Shown: positions 39,191 to 52,103 of the stretch, piece after piece
Position numbering within the stretch: the first letter of the stretch is position 1
Layout: each line of letters begins with the position of its first letter
Source of the DNA: Rhizophagus irregularis
Taxonomy: Eukaryota
Direction: 5' to 3'
Length of the DNA: 64,000 bases
NCBI RefSeq assembly: GCF_026210795.1
Contig: NC_089435.1
Location: forward strand, 434,001-498,000
Position numbers and translations under genes: made by a program
Notes under the pieces: generated by a model
What the model was told of the DNA's origin: nothing
The model's input: the letters and a program-made list of their open reading frames with translations, nothing else
Databases searched by the model: none

Positions 39191-41144
39191 TTAATATAAT
39201 CTTCCATAATTATATGTAGTCGCAATAGGTGCAAATTTATTTGGCACTTGCATGTTTTTTCCAATAAAACCATCAAATGAGTCAGTCATTGAATGAGGAA
39301 ATGGAACTTCACGTCCAGTTGGTTGAGAAACATCATCAAGTCTTTTCATTTGTTCAGGTGTCAATCTGAAAATGATATTTTTTATTTTATTCTAGTTTGT
39401 GATTTTTTTTTTAAAAAAAAAAATGGAAAAAGGTAATTATGATTCTTACTTGAATTCAAGTGATTTAAGATTTTCTTCGAGCTGAACAACAGTTCTAGCA
39501 CCAATTAGAGGAAAAGTAATACCGGGTTTTTGTTGAATCCAATTCAAAGCAATCTATTTATTTTAAAAAAATGTTGTATTAAAACTTTTATATAATATTT
39601 AGAGATTGAATATAAAATTCTAAATTACCTGAACGGGAGATCGATTAATCTCTTTAGAAATAGCAATAACTTCATCTAAAATTTGCCAATTTTTTTCGTC
39701 CTTTGAATAATTTATAATTGATCGATTGCGATAATTGGATTTTAAATTAATATTTGTTTCTCTCTTATATTTTCCGGTAAGAAAACTTTTATATATATAA
39801 AAAAGAAATATGAATAAATTTAAATATTGAAGATAAAAAAAAAACTAATGATTAATTACCCATCTGCAACGATACTCCATGGAAGAATTCCAACCTAAAA
39901 ACTTTTTTTTTTTAGATATATAGTTCAAGTGAATTATGAACATGAATTTAGTTTATAATACATACACCAAGTTCAGCGCAGGCAGGTTGTAGGTCAAATT
40001 CTAACGAACGATCCAACAAATTATAACGCGTTTGAAGTCCAATAAAAGGACTAAACACAATTAATAAAAATGCGTTAACTTAAAAAAAACATAATTATCT
40101 GCAAGTTATTTTATAATTTCGTACCTCCATCCACGTAATTCAGCCATAGTGTTTGCACGAGAGAGTGCCCAAGATGGAATATCACTTACGGCAACGTACA
40201 AAACCTATTATTTTTTTTATTCATTTTTTTTTTAATAATATTTATAAAAAAAACTAAATAAGTCAGCAATTCATTTACCTTTCCACTTCAAACTACGTCA
40301 TCTAATGATCTCATAAATTCTTCAATTGGAGTTCGATACTCGTAAGCATGAACATATAAAATATCAACGTAACTCATGTTCAATCGTTTCAAACTCTCAT
40401 CCAAATTTTCTACAAGACTCTTTCGATGATTTCCTCCTATATATTTAACAGTTTTGTTAACTAACATAAGGTATTATATACTAACTATGAACAACTTACC
40501 TAAATTCGGATTGAATCTCCTATCCTTTTCTATAGCAGTATTATAAGCTGTATATTTTGTTGAAATCACAACATCGGATCGTTTATCGGATACGTAATCG
40601 CCAAGGAAGCGTTCACTCTAAATATTTCATTATTAATAAATATTAATATTGAATCAACAGAACTAATATTTAATATTTTTATTACTTACTTCACCAAAAT
40701 TATAATTGCAAGCGGTATCTAAATGACTTCATTAAAATATCCCCATAATAAAAGATTAAGAGCAACTGCGTAAATAAGAAAAACTTACCAATAAAATTTC
40801 CACCTTTTTCATAATAAAGGTCAAAAACTTTTTTCGATTCTTCTTTATTAGCACCTAATCCCTGTTTATATAATTTTAACATTCAGAAATTTTTTTCTTC
40901 TTTTGATTCATCAATTAAAATTAATTTATAGGTGACTTACCCGTTGTTCTCCAAAAGTCTTCATATGAAACAATGAAGAATTACAGATATTAAAAATACA
41001 TTTTCATAATTTAACCAAATTTATAAATAATTTTACCAAAGCACCAAGACATAATGGAGAAACTCTCAATCCACTACGACCTAATAGAACATAATCATCA
41101 AGAGCTTTAGTGGTTTTGACGGGAGAAGTAGAATCTTGAGCCAT
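39191..41144 (-). pseudogene. Aldo-keto reductase copy 4 (nonsense codon; lacks intron 5)
   Basis: DDVV*SGK: CGA>TGA at 40290-40288; exons 5 and 6 are fused in frame (VISTKYTAYNTAIEKDRRFNPNLG). Confidence 0.85.
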
Positions 41145-41307
41145 TTCTTCAAAGATGAATTATTTGATAAAATTTCAGCTTCATAGACTGACTAGACTCT
41201 CATTATTTATATGTTCAAGATATTTATCATAATGACCGGCTTCTACAACGGTCCGAATTTTCAACCTTTTCTATTTTAGTTTATTATATGATCTTAGAAT
41301 CTGCATT

Positions 41308-41421
41308 TAGGATTGGAACCGATTAAGGCTAACCGGTTAAGACTTCTCAAAAAACGGTTAACCGGTTAATTTAACCAGTTAAATTAACCGACTAATTAAC
41401 CGGCTAACTTAACCGGTTAAA
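41308..41421. mobile_element. Solo hAT-like end
   Basis: taggattggaaccg followed by many AACCGG/TTAACCG subterminal repeats; homology with the copy-3 promoter stops here. Confidence 0.5.
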
Positions 41422-41843
41422 ATACAGATCATCCTAAATTAGTAATTTCTAGCCAACTTCTAACTTTAACTTTACTAGCATTAACTTTAATTTTGCCCCA
41501 CCCTAATAGATTTTTTTTAAAGCACGAGTCGATGATTTCTCAATACTGGACTTAATGAAATTAAAAAGACAGGTAAAATGCCTTGCATAATGTTTTTCAA
41601 TACCAGAACGTTGGAAATTGGAATTTGCAATAAAGTAATTTTTTAAAAGAAGGAGCCGATTTGAACGTATAAACCAAAAATTTATTAATAAATAATGTTA
41701 TACTATACACAAATATATCATGACCAATGGATAGCTCCTCATTGAAACTTGCCTCTTGTTTTTATTTGAAATTTGTATAATTAGAAAAAAATCAATTGAA
41801 GATGTAAATATAAAATATACAAAGTATTCACATTGATACTATA

Positions 41844-43884
41844 TTAATATAATCTTCCATAATTATATGTAGTCGCAATAGGTGCAAATTTATTTGGCAC
41901 TTGTATGTTTTTTCCAATAAAAACATCAAATGAGTCAGTTATTGAATAAGGAAATGGAACTTCACGTCCAGTTGGTTGAGAAACATCATCAAGTCTTTTC
42001 ATTTGTTCAGGTGTCAATCTGAAAATGATATTTTTTATTTTATTCTTTCTAGTTTGTGATTTTTTTTTTAAAAAAAAAATGGAAAAAGTTAATTATGATT
42101 CTTACTTGAATTCAAGTGATTTAAGATTTTCTTCGAGTTGAGCAACAGTTCTAGCACCAATTAGAGGAGAAGTAATACCGGGTTTTTGTTGAATCCAATT
42201 CAAAGCAATCTATTTATTTTTAAAAAAATATTGTATTGAAACTTTTATATAATATTTAGAGATTGAATATAAAATTATAAATTACCTGAACGGGAGATCG
42301 ATTAATCTCTTTTGAAATAGCAATAACTTCATCTAAAATTTGCCAATTTTTTTCGTCCTTTGAATAATTTATAATTGATCGATTGCGATAATCGGATTTT
42401 AAATTAATATTTGTTTCTCTCTTATATTTTCCGGTAAGAAAACTTTTATATATATAAAAAAGAAATATGAATAAATTTAAATATTGAAGATAAAAAAAAA
42501 ACTAACGATTAATTACCCATCTGCAACGATACTCCATGGAAGAATTCCAACCTAAAAACTTTTTTTTTAGATATATAGTTCAAGTGAATTATGAACATGA
42601 ATTTAGTTTATAATACATACACCAAGTTCAGCGCAGGCAGGTTGTAGGTCGAATTCTAACGAACGATCCAACAAATTATAACGCGTTTGAAGTCCAATAA
42701 AAGGACTAAACACAATTAATAAAAATGCGTTAACTTAAAAAAAACATAATTATCTACAAGTTATTTTATAATTTCGTACCTCCATCCACGTAATTCAGCC
42801 ATAGTGTTTGCACGAGAGAGTGCCCAAGATGGAATATCACTCACGGCAACGTACAAAACCTATTATTTTTATATTCATTTTTTTTTAATAATATTTATAA
42901 AAAAAACTGAATAAGACAGCAATTCATTTACCTTTCCGCTTCGAACTACGTCATCTAATGATCTCATAAATTCTTCAATCGGAGTTCGATACTCGTAAAC
43001 ATGAACATATAAAATATCAACGTAACTCATGTTCAGTCGTTTTAAGCTACCATCTAAATTTTCTACAAGACTCTTTCGATGATTTCCTCCTATATATTTA
43101 GCAGTTGTTTCAATTTATTGTCAATTAATATAAGATATTATATATACTAACTACTGTGAACAACTTACCGAAATTCGGATTGAATCTCCTTTCCTTTTGC
43201 ACAGTAGTATTATTAACTAAAGAAATAAATTTTGAAATTATTAGAAATTTAAAAATTAAAAAGTTACATAAAAAGCTCAAGATTCGTACGCGTAAATTTT
43301 GTCGAAATCACAACATCGGATCATTTATCGGAAACATAATCTCCAAGGAAACGTTCACTCTAAATATTTCATTAATAAATATTAATATTGAATCAACAGA
43401 ACTAATATTTAATATTTTATTACTTACTTCACCAAGATTATAACTGCAAGCGGTATCTAAAAGACGCACGTCATTAAAATATCCTCATAATAAAAGATTA
43501 AGAGCAACTGCGTAAATAAGAAAAACTTACCAATAAAATTTCCACCTTTTTCATAATAAAGGTCAAAAACTTTTTTCGATTCTTCTTTATTAGCACCTAA
43601 TCCCTGTTTATATAATTTTAACATTCAGAAATTTTTTTCTTCTTTTGATTCATCGTTAAAATTAATTTATAGGTGACTTACCCGTTGTTCTCCAAAAGTC
43701 TTCATATGAAACAATGAAGAATTACAGATATTAAAAATACATTTTCATAATTGACCAAATTTATAAATAATCTTACCAAAGCACCAAGACATAATGGAGA
43801 AACTCTCAATCCACTATGACCTAATAGAACATAATCATCAAGAGCTTTAGTGGTTTTGACGGGAGAAGTAGAATCTTGAGCCAT
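41844..43884 (-). CDS. Aldo-keto reductase copy 5
   Basis: 13-exon structure; near-identical to copy 4 in the 3' half; DDVVRSGK intact. Confidence 0.88.
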
Positions 43885-44359
43885 TTCTTCGAAGATGAAT
43901 AATTTGATAAAAGTTCAGCTTCGTAGACTCTCATTATTTATATGTTCGAGAAATTTATCATAATGATTGGCTTCTACATTTTCAATCTTTTCTATATTAG
44001 TTTATTATATGAACCCGAAACTGAATCTGCATTATTTTGTTTTAACCATCCAAATTTTTGACCTTTTCCATTATTAGTCTAAATTATGTCTTTTGTCAAT
44101 CAATAATTTATTTTAGCCAAAGATTTTAATGCTACAATAATCTAAATTTTCCGACCTTTTCCATTATTAGTGAAATATTATTAATTATTTAAATCTTTTG
44201 TCAATCAATATAATTACAAATCAAAGTTTTCGATCTTCTCTATTATTAGTTCAAATTGACATCATATATTTATTAATTTCCAGCTCTACCGTCAATCCGG
44301 ATTTAATATTTACGTTCTGTATCTGATATACGCAGCAAGATCGGCAAAGAAAAGATTAA

Positions 44360-44935
44360 TTGCCGATCCGCCTAAAATCGGCACTGCGTTACTAATAAAA
44401 TTCGGGGTTAAATTTGCCGATTTTGTGTTAGAACACAAATTTCAAAAAAGGATATCTCATAGACGACAAATTGATTATAAATAAAAGTCATATGATATAC
44501 TGAATAAAAAAGAATTTACAAAAAAAATTATACATTCATACGCAAAATAATGAGTTTACTATGTACGCGCATCAGATTTACACCTTAAAATATATGAAAT
44601 TTCAATATTTCATTTTACTATATTGTGTTATTTACATTAAAAACATATAATTTTTAGCTTTTAAAGTTGTTTTTAAAGACATATTGAAATATTTTTATTA
44701 TTAAAAGCAAGTGAAAGTTGAAGAAAACCCGTTACAGAAATATAGTTATGGGGCAAGTCATACTTGCCAAAAAGTTTTATAAAATGAAGGAAAATATTGA
44801 ATTTATGTTATTTCTGTTTGTGAAATAGTGGAAACTTATTCCGCGCGCGAGATGTAAAAAATGCTTTTTTTTTATTATTGCTATTAACCCCGAATTTTAT
44901 TAGTAACGCAGTGCCCATCTTAGGCAGATCAGCAA
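44360..44935. mobile_element. MITE with ~50-bp TIRs and TTAA flanks
   Basis: ttgccgatccgcctaaaatcggcactgcgttactaataaaattcggggttaa and its inverse; TTAA on both sides; empty site visible in the paralogous region at ~31570. Confidence 0.8.
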
Positions 44936-44939
44936 TTAA

Positions 44940-46180
44940 AGATTTAATAATGGATGTAAAACACGAATAATATCGCAGAAAGATGAGATTGCGGAATCAT
45001 CAAAAAAGTTAAGAACGAAAGGTCGAGGATAAAAATAGTAATTCACCAACAAAAAAACAGGGTGTTGAAACAGAAAATCAAACGTTATCTAAAAAGCAAA
45101 AGATCGTCAGATCAATAGAGAATGCAGGATATCCGATCACAGTCACTTGCACGACTAACACAAGATCGACAACAAAATCTCGACAATCCAAAATCATGAC
45201 AAGTTATATCGACAATTTTGTGATGTGTGTTCTAATAAAATAATTTGTTGCAATATGTAATATTTAGTTTAAATGTGCTATAATTTTGTCAGGATTTTGA
45301 CTTGTCAAGATATTGGATTGTCGAGATTTTGTTGTCGGTCGCTCAAATGATTTTCGAGATTTCGTACCAAAACCGAATGCAGTACGGAATTTCGTACTGG
45401 AATTATAGAAACGCCGAGTGTTAAACAAGCTTACAAATATAAATCAGTGAAAGCTAAAATTACGTTAATAGGAGAAGCGGACAAAAATTTCATTGGAGGG
45501 TTAACACCGTGTTGATGAAAGGCAGTTCAAAGTTTTTGATACGGTGGTTTAGTGGAAAAATGCCGGCTATCAAATTAGACAACGTTTTTTTGGAAAGCAA
45601 CTCGTAAATTGAATGAACATATTATGAAAGACCAGGAAACCGATTGCATAATAAAGTACGTCAAACTTCGCAAAGCCATGTACGGCAAGATAATAAGACC
45701 ACACGGTTCTTTGTATGTATTATTATGTTTTAACAATGAAAACAAGATAATGGAGGCGATTTATAAATCAGCAATGGAAGAAGGATTAGGTTCATCTTAC
45801 AGATAAAGAGTCAAAATGAACTACTGTATTTGGGAAGAACGATAAATACATCTTTAACGGACCGAAGAAAAAAGATTGTGCAGTGTCGACAAATACCACG
45901 CCGTTAAAACAGTCAGATGACATTTTAGATGGCGTTAAGTTATATTTTGACACGATGGATCAAATGGATTGGAGAAACAGACGCCAACGCCCACGCCTAC
46001 AACATCATCTTCAATAAAACCGTAAGTCAGATTTGAATGAAGATTTTAGTAAAAGGTTGCCTTTAAGATCTTTAGTATCAACAAAACCAAAGAAAATAAT
46101 CTAGTTCGGTCTGTTCAGATGATTCGGATGAGGAGAAAGATAATAAGAAAAAACGAAAGCTCAATCACGTGGTGATGTGA
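44940..46180 (+). pseudogene. Second, longer copy of the decayed ORF1-like relic
   Basis: Homologous to 31590-32330 (...HGSLYVLLCFNNENKIMEAIYKSAMEEGLG); interrupted by an inverted-repeat insert. Confidence 0.45.
45167..45337. mobile_element. MITE remnant
   Basis: cgacaacaaaatctcgacaatccaa / ttggattgtcgagattttgttgtcg. Confidence 0.6.
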
Positions 46181-47173
46181 TTTAATCGGATTAAATTTTG
46201 CGTCATTTTTGGTAGATTATGAATAGTTTATTAAGGTTATTAATTGGTAGAATTAATATAAAATTAGTATTTTCATTTAAGACAAAAAATTTTATCAATT
46301 TTCTGTAGTAATTTTAGTATCTTATAGCAATTTTTTTATTTTTCTTATTATAGGTTGCTTCGTAGTAAATTAGTTAGGCATAAATTTCGAATTTTAGTCT
46401 AGATTGGGTTATTCAATTTTTGTATTATGTTAATATGACTTACTTAATAAAGAAATGCGTTACTAAATTAAAAAAAAATATTCATAACATATATTTCCTT
46501 CCACTTTTTTTTAAAGTAGCTTATTTTTTTCTTCTTTCTTTCTAAAATTAAAATAATTTTGTTTTTATTTTTAATATTTTTGATATTTCTGAAAAAAAAA
46601 CTAATGGAAAAGCTAATAGAAAAAATCAAAAAATCAAAAAATCGTGATCTCTATTGTGCTACCACGCCTATCAGATAAACTAATTATTAATACATGCAGC
46701 ATTACTTCACCGATTTTATTGATTAATAATTTAATATTTGTAATTTTTTTATTTTTGTCACTATCTGCAATTAAACCTGTTTCATCGACATAAACTTTTC
46801 CCGAAACTACAGTAAATTCCCTAACTGTTCTATTTGAAAAAAAAATAGAGAAAAGATTACAAAGAAACAATTAAATTGGTGCTATATAATCTTGCATTAT
46901 TAATGCATTCTATTAATCAGTTCTTTTACATTTTGGCACTAAGAAATAATTTGCGCAATAAGAAGTGAGGCGCAGTTAATAAATTTTCGGGTGAATACAT
47001 AGGCTGTCTGTAACAACGTATTGTAGATTTGGTTTTTTTTTTTTATAAAATATGGATTTCGACTCCAAGTGATTTATTTTCGCATGTTGAACCGTGGGAA
47101 AATAATTCACTTTGAACTTGAAAATTTCATAATCAATAAATATTAATTTTGCAAGAAATTTTTGATCATCGAA

Positions 47174-47297
47174 TTATCGCCGTTTTCAAAATGGTGTACC
47201 GTTTTTTTGTCCATATTTCGTCCCGTTTTCGTCCGGGTTTAGGTTTCTTTTTTTTATTCAAATTTAACTGCGTACATCATCTTGAAAACGGCGATAA
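47174..47297. mobile_element. Small MITE/hairpin element
   Basis: ttatcgccgttttcaaaatggtgtac / gtacatcatcttgaaaacggcgataa. Confidence 0.55.
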
Positions 47298-47534
47298 ATA
47301 AATATTGGACGTTACTTGATTTTTGATTCTAGATTAAAAGGTCAAATTGGTAAATATTTTTATGTAAATGATTGGTTTTTTATTACGACATTTTATTTTT
47401 TCACTGAAAATTCGGGAGTATATACTGTATTATTAGATTACGAACAGGAAAATTTATAATATCAAAAGAATCAGTTGAAAAAAAAAACGATTTATATTTT
47501 AAACTTCAATTTTTTATTTAAAATTTGAATTTAG

Positions 47535-47636
47535 GAAAGACAAAAATTGAAAGACAAAAATTGGAAGATATAAAATTGAAAGACAAAAATCGAGAGACAT
47601 AAAATTGAAAGACATAAAATTGAAAGACATAAAATA
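47535..47636. repeat. 14-15-bp minisatellite (gaaagacataaaatt)
   Basis: About 7 imperfect copies just 3' of AKR copy 6. Confidence 0.75.
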
Positions 47637-47697
47637 TACACAATATACAATTTTACAAAATACTTTAAAAATAAAAACCTATTTATAATTTTTTACA

Positions 47698-49738
47698 TTA
47701 AAATAATCTTCCATAATTATATGTATTCACAATAGGTGCAAATTTATTTGGAACTTGCATATTTTTTCCAATAAAAACATCAAATGAGTCAGTCATTGAA
47801 TAAGGAAATGGAACTTCACGTCCAGTTGGTTGAGAAACATCATCAAGTCTTTTCATTTGTTCAGGCGTCAATCTGAAAATGATTTTTTTTTTTTATATTA
47901 GAAATCATTTTTATTTAAAAGAAAAAATCTTTTTCAAATAATTTTATACTCACTTGAATTCAAGTGATTTAAGATTTTCTTCGAGCTGAGAAACGGTTCT
48001 AGCACCAATTAAAGGAGAAGTAACGCCAGGTTTTTGTTGAATCCAATTCAAAGAAACCTATTTGTTTAAAAAAATATAATTTATTAAAAACTTTTTTTTT
48101 TTATATAATATTTGAATATAATTAATTACCTGAACGGGAGATCTATTAATTTCTTTTGAAATAGCAACAACTTCATCTAAAATTTTCCAATTTTGTTCAT
48201 GTTTAAAATGACCCGCAATTGCTTGATTGCGATAACCAGATTTTATATCAATGGTTGATTCCTTCGTATATTTTCCGGTAAGAAAACTATTTTAAAAAAG
48301 GAAATGAACAAATTTTAATTTTTGAAGATAAAAAAAAATAATTAATGATTAATTACCCATCCGCAATGATGCCCCATGGAATAATTCCAGCCTAAAAAAA
48401 AAAGATTTTATTAGGTACATGGGTTCAAGTGAATTATGAACGTGAATTTTAGTTGATAATACATACACCAAGTTCAGCACAAGCAGGTTGTAAGTCAAAT
48501 TCTGACGTACGATCCAACAAATTATAACGCGCTTGAAGTCCAATGAAGGGGCTAAACATGATTAATAAATTATAGGTTAATTTAAAGCTTATCATTATCT
48601 ATAAGCTATTGTTATAATATCGTACCTCCATCCACGTAATTCAGCAATGGTATTACCACGAGTGAATGCCCAAGACGGAATATCGCTTGCAGCGACATAT
48701 AAAACCTAATTTTTTTTATTAATAAATATTCAACTTATTTTGAATGAATATTGTTAAATAATGATTATCTTACCTTTCCACTTCGAACTACGTCATCTAA
48801 TGATCTCATCATTTCTTCGATGGGAGTTCGATATTCAAAGATATGGACATATAAAATATCAACATAACTCATGTTCAATCGTTTCAAACTTTCGTCCAAA
48901 TTTTCTACAAGACTCTTTCGATGATTTCCTCCTATATATTTAGCAGTTAAGTTTCAATTTATTGTCAACTAATATAAGATATTATATATACTAACTATAA
49001 ACAACTTACCGAAATTCGGATTGAATCTCCTTTCCTTTTGCATAAAAGTATTATTACCTAAAGAAATAAATTTTGAAAAATTATTGGAAATTCAAAAAAT
49101 TAAATAGAAAAAGTTACATAGAAAGCTCAAGATTCGTACATGTATATTTTGTTGCGATCACAACATCGGATCGTTTACCGGAAACGTAATCTCCAAGGAA
49201 GCGTTCACTCTAAATATTTCATTAATAAATATTAATATTGAATCAACAGAACTAATATTTAATATTTTTATTACTTACGTCACCAAAATTATAATTGCAA
49301 GAGGTATCTAAAGAGTTGCATGTCATTAAAATATCTTCACGACAAAAGATTAAGAGCGACAGCGTAAATAAGAGAAACTTACCAAAAAAATTTCCACCTT
49401 TTTCATAATAAAGGTCAAAAACCTTTTTCGATTCTTCTTTAGTAGCACCTAATCCCTGTTTATATAATTTTAACGTTCAGAATTATTTTTCTTTTTTTTT
49501 GAATTATTAATTAATTAGAATTAATTTACAAGTAACTTACCCATGATTCTCCAAAAGTCTTCATACGTTAAACATACATTAATTATTATAAATTGACCAA
49601 ATTTACGAATAGTTTTACGAATAATCTTACCATAGCGCCAAGACATAATGGAGAAACTCTCAACCCACTACGACCTAATAGAACATAATCATCAAGAGCT
49701 TTAGTGGTTTTGACGGGAGAAGTAGAATCTTGAGCCAT
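47698..49738 (-). CDS. Aldo-keto reductase copy 6 (most divergent 3' half)
   Basis: Same exon pattern; DTSCNY, VIATKY, ILYVHIFE, GIIPWGIIADGFLTGKY. Confidence 0.88.
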
Positions 49739-50926
49739 TTCTTCAAAAATTAATATTTTTGATGAATTAATCTCGTATGATTCTCATTAATGCATTTTTA
49801 TATATTATCAATGATATGAACGATTATTAATTGATTTGATCATTTAAAGTTTCTGGAAAAGAAATCAGGAAAATCCGGATCAACGTTTGTGGCTAAGCGT
49901 TACATTGATTATTAACATTATAATTGTTATTACCACATGTCATTTGAATAATCTTTCTATATCCGGTTTAGTTGATTGATCTTAAAATAGATCGATGAAT
50001 GATTTTATAGTAAGATATTCCCTCGAGATTAACATTTTTTATCATTATCTTCCCACAGTTTCACTTAGTAATTTTTATTTGTAATAAAGTCAATATTACT
50101 ATGAACATAAATTTAGTTTTCCTATTTTGAAATCGTTTCGGGTTATAGTGAACCCGAAATTTTAAAAAATATGAGGCGCAGCAATTTTGGTCAAAAACTT
50201 TATTTAACAGAAATCTTTCATTTATGTGGGAAAATGAAAGATCCTTTGTCTTAAATGGCAAATTATCTCCAAAAAAGGAATATTCCGCTATTTAATCACT
50301 GAGCCTACGCCAAAAATTATAGTTGCGTTGCAAAATAATGCGTAAAATTTCATTATTGAATGGCGAAGAGAAATTTAAATATATTTTTTTTTTTTACGAG
50401 ATTTTTTTTTTAACGATAGATTATTGTAATAAATATTAAAAAATTGATAATTGGTTCTTTTTTTTAGAGAATTAAATTTTTTGCCTAAATATAAAATTGT
50501 TGAGCGACTGAGCGAGACGCAAGAAATGATTGTAAAAAAAAAATAATATATATTCAATAAAATTATTAAAATTTTTAGTTTTAGTAGAAAATTAATTTAT
50601 TTTCATATTTTAAGCTCAGACCGAGTCTGACCGAGTTTCAAAATACGGATATTTACAAACTTTTTCTACTCTCTCAAATTAAACTCTGATCAGCATAAAA
50701 ATTTTTCGATAATCATATTTTATTAATTATTTGACATTTATTTTAAAATTTATTTATTTTAATAATAAATAAAAGGTTGTTCAGAGATTTTTGAAACAGT
50801 TTATACTTTATAATTATTATTTGTAATTAAATTTGTTTTCGCGCGAATAAGAATTAATTCTACTTGTAATGCCAGGAATATCGTATACGTTTTAGTCATT
50901 TTTTTTTCGTTTTATGTTCGTTATTC

Positions 50927-51284
50927 GTGTAACAATCGGGGAAATCCCTAGGGGTAAATTAAAAAAATCGGGTTTGCGATTATCCCACGATCTATTGAAC
51001 CAATTTCGACGATCTTTTTTATATTGTAGGGGGTGTAGAGAGTTGCACAACAACAAAAGGTTAATCGAAATTGATCCACTGGATCACGAAATAATCGCAA
51101 AGCCGATTTCTTTCGGATGAATCCGATATGTTCTGAAAAAAATCGATCTATTGGTCCAATTTCGGCGATCTTTTTTTTTATTCTGTAGAGGGCGCGGAAA
51201 GCTATATGACAAAAAAAAGTTAATCGAATTGAATCACAGGATCACGAGATAATCGCAAAGCTAAGTTTTCATCGATTGTTACAC
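50927..51284. mobile_element. MITE with internal ~155-bp direct duplication
   Basis: gtgtaacaatcg / cgattgttacac ends; cgatctattg..ccaatttcg..gatcacga..ataatcgcaaagc occurs twice. Confidence 0.55.
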
Positions 51285-52103
51285 TGATCACGAATTATTC
51301 CATTTAATAATGTTTCCCACTTAATAATGCTATATTACGATGATGAACGTGATAAAGGAACGCTTTAAATATTTTTTTTTTAGAATAAAATTTATTATCG
51401 AAGTATAAATTTAATAGAATTTGCAAAGCATATTCGTTAAAAATTAAAGGTTTTGTTTGAGCCTTCAACACTTGCTCATATACTCAATAACTATTAGCAT
51501 CGCATTGTAAAAAATTCAGTCTGTAACATGGTAAATTAGAACTTTAAAATGGGATGAAAATATACTGTACTTTACGTGTTTATACAAATATAAAGTACTT
51601 AAGAAGTAGGTTGAATATTCAGCTTCCAAAAATGTCACCATATCCTGCACAATACGCATCAATACATGTTTGCGAGATATTTGCGAAGAAAAAGAAGTAC
51701 GACTTGAATTTTTGCCACTGATTATAACCCGGTAAGGAATTATCTAAGCATTCTTTCAGTTTATATCAAAAATTGTTTACGCCAACAACGTAATTGTGTG
51801 GGAATCTATAGAAAGTCGGTAGATGCATTAAATTTTAGTTGTATGACAATTGGCTAAATCATATTTTGAACACGCTGGATATTGTTAACTAATTTGTTCT
51901 TAATTATTAATTATCCTCTACAAGTTTTATAAGTATTGTATAAAAATTACTTTGATTTATAAAAATGATAGAAGAAAGAAATTGTCATAAGATGTCTCTA
52001 CTATTATTTTTTATTTAACTATAATTTTTTTTTTAACACTTCATTGGCGTTGATCAGTTGATAACGTTAGACTTTATTGTGTGATACAGATGAAGTGCGT
52101 CAG

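Noticed and set aside
19663..49738. Bacterial contamination or recent HGT of the bacterial-looking AKR
   Set aside because: Genes have 11-12 spliceosomal introns and host-like AT content; any transfer would be ancient and needs a phylogeny.
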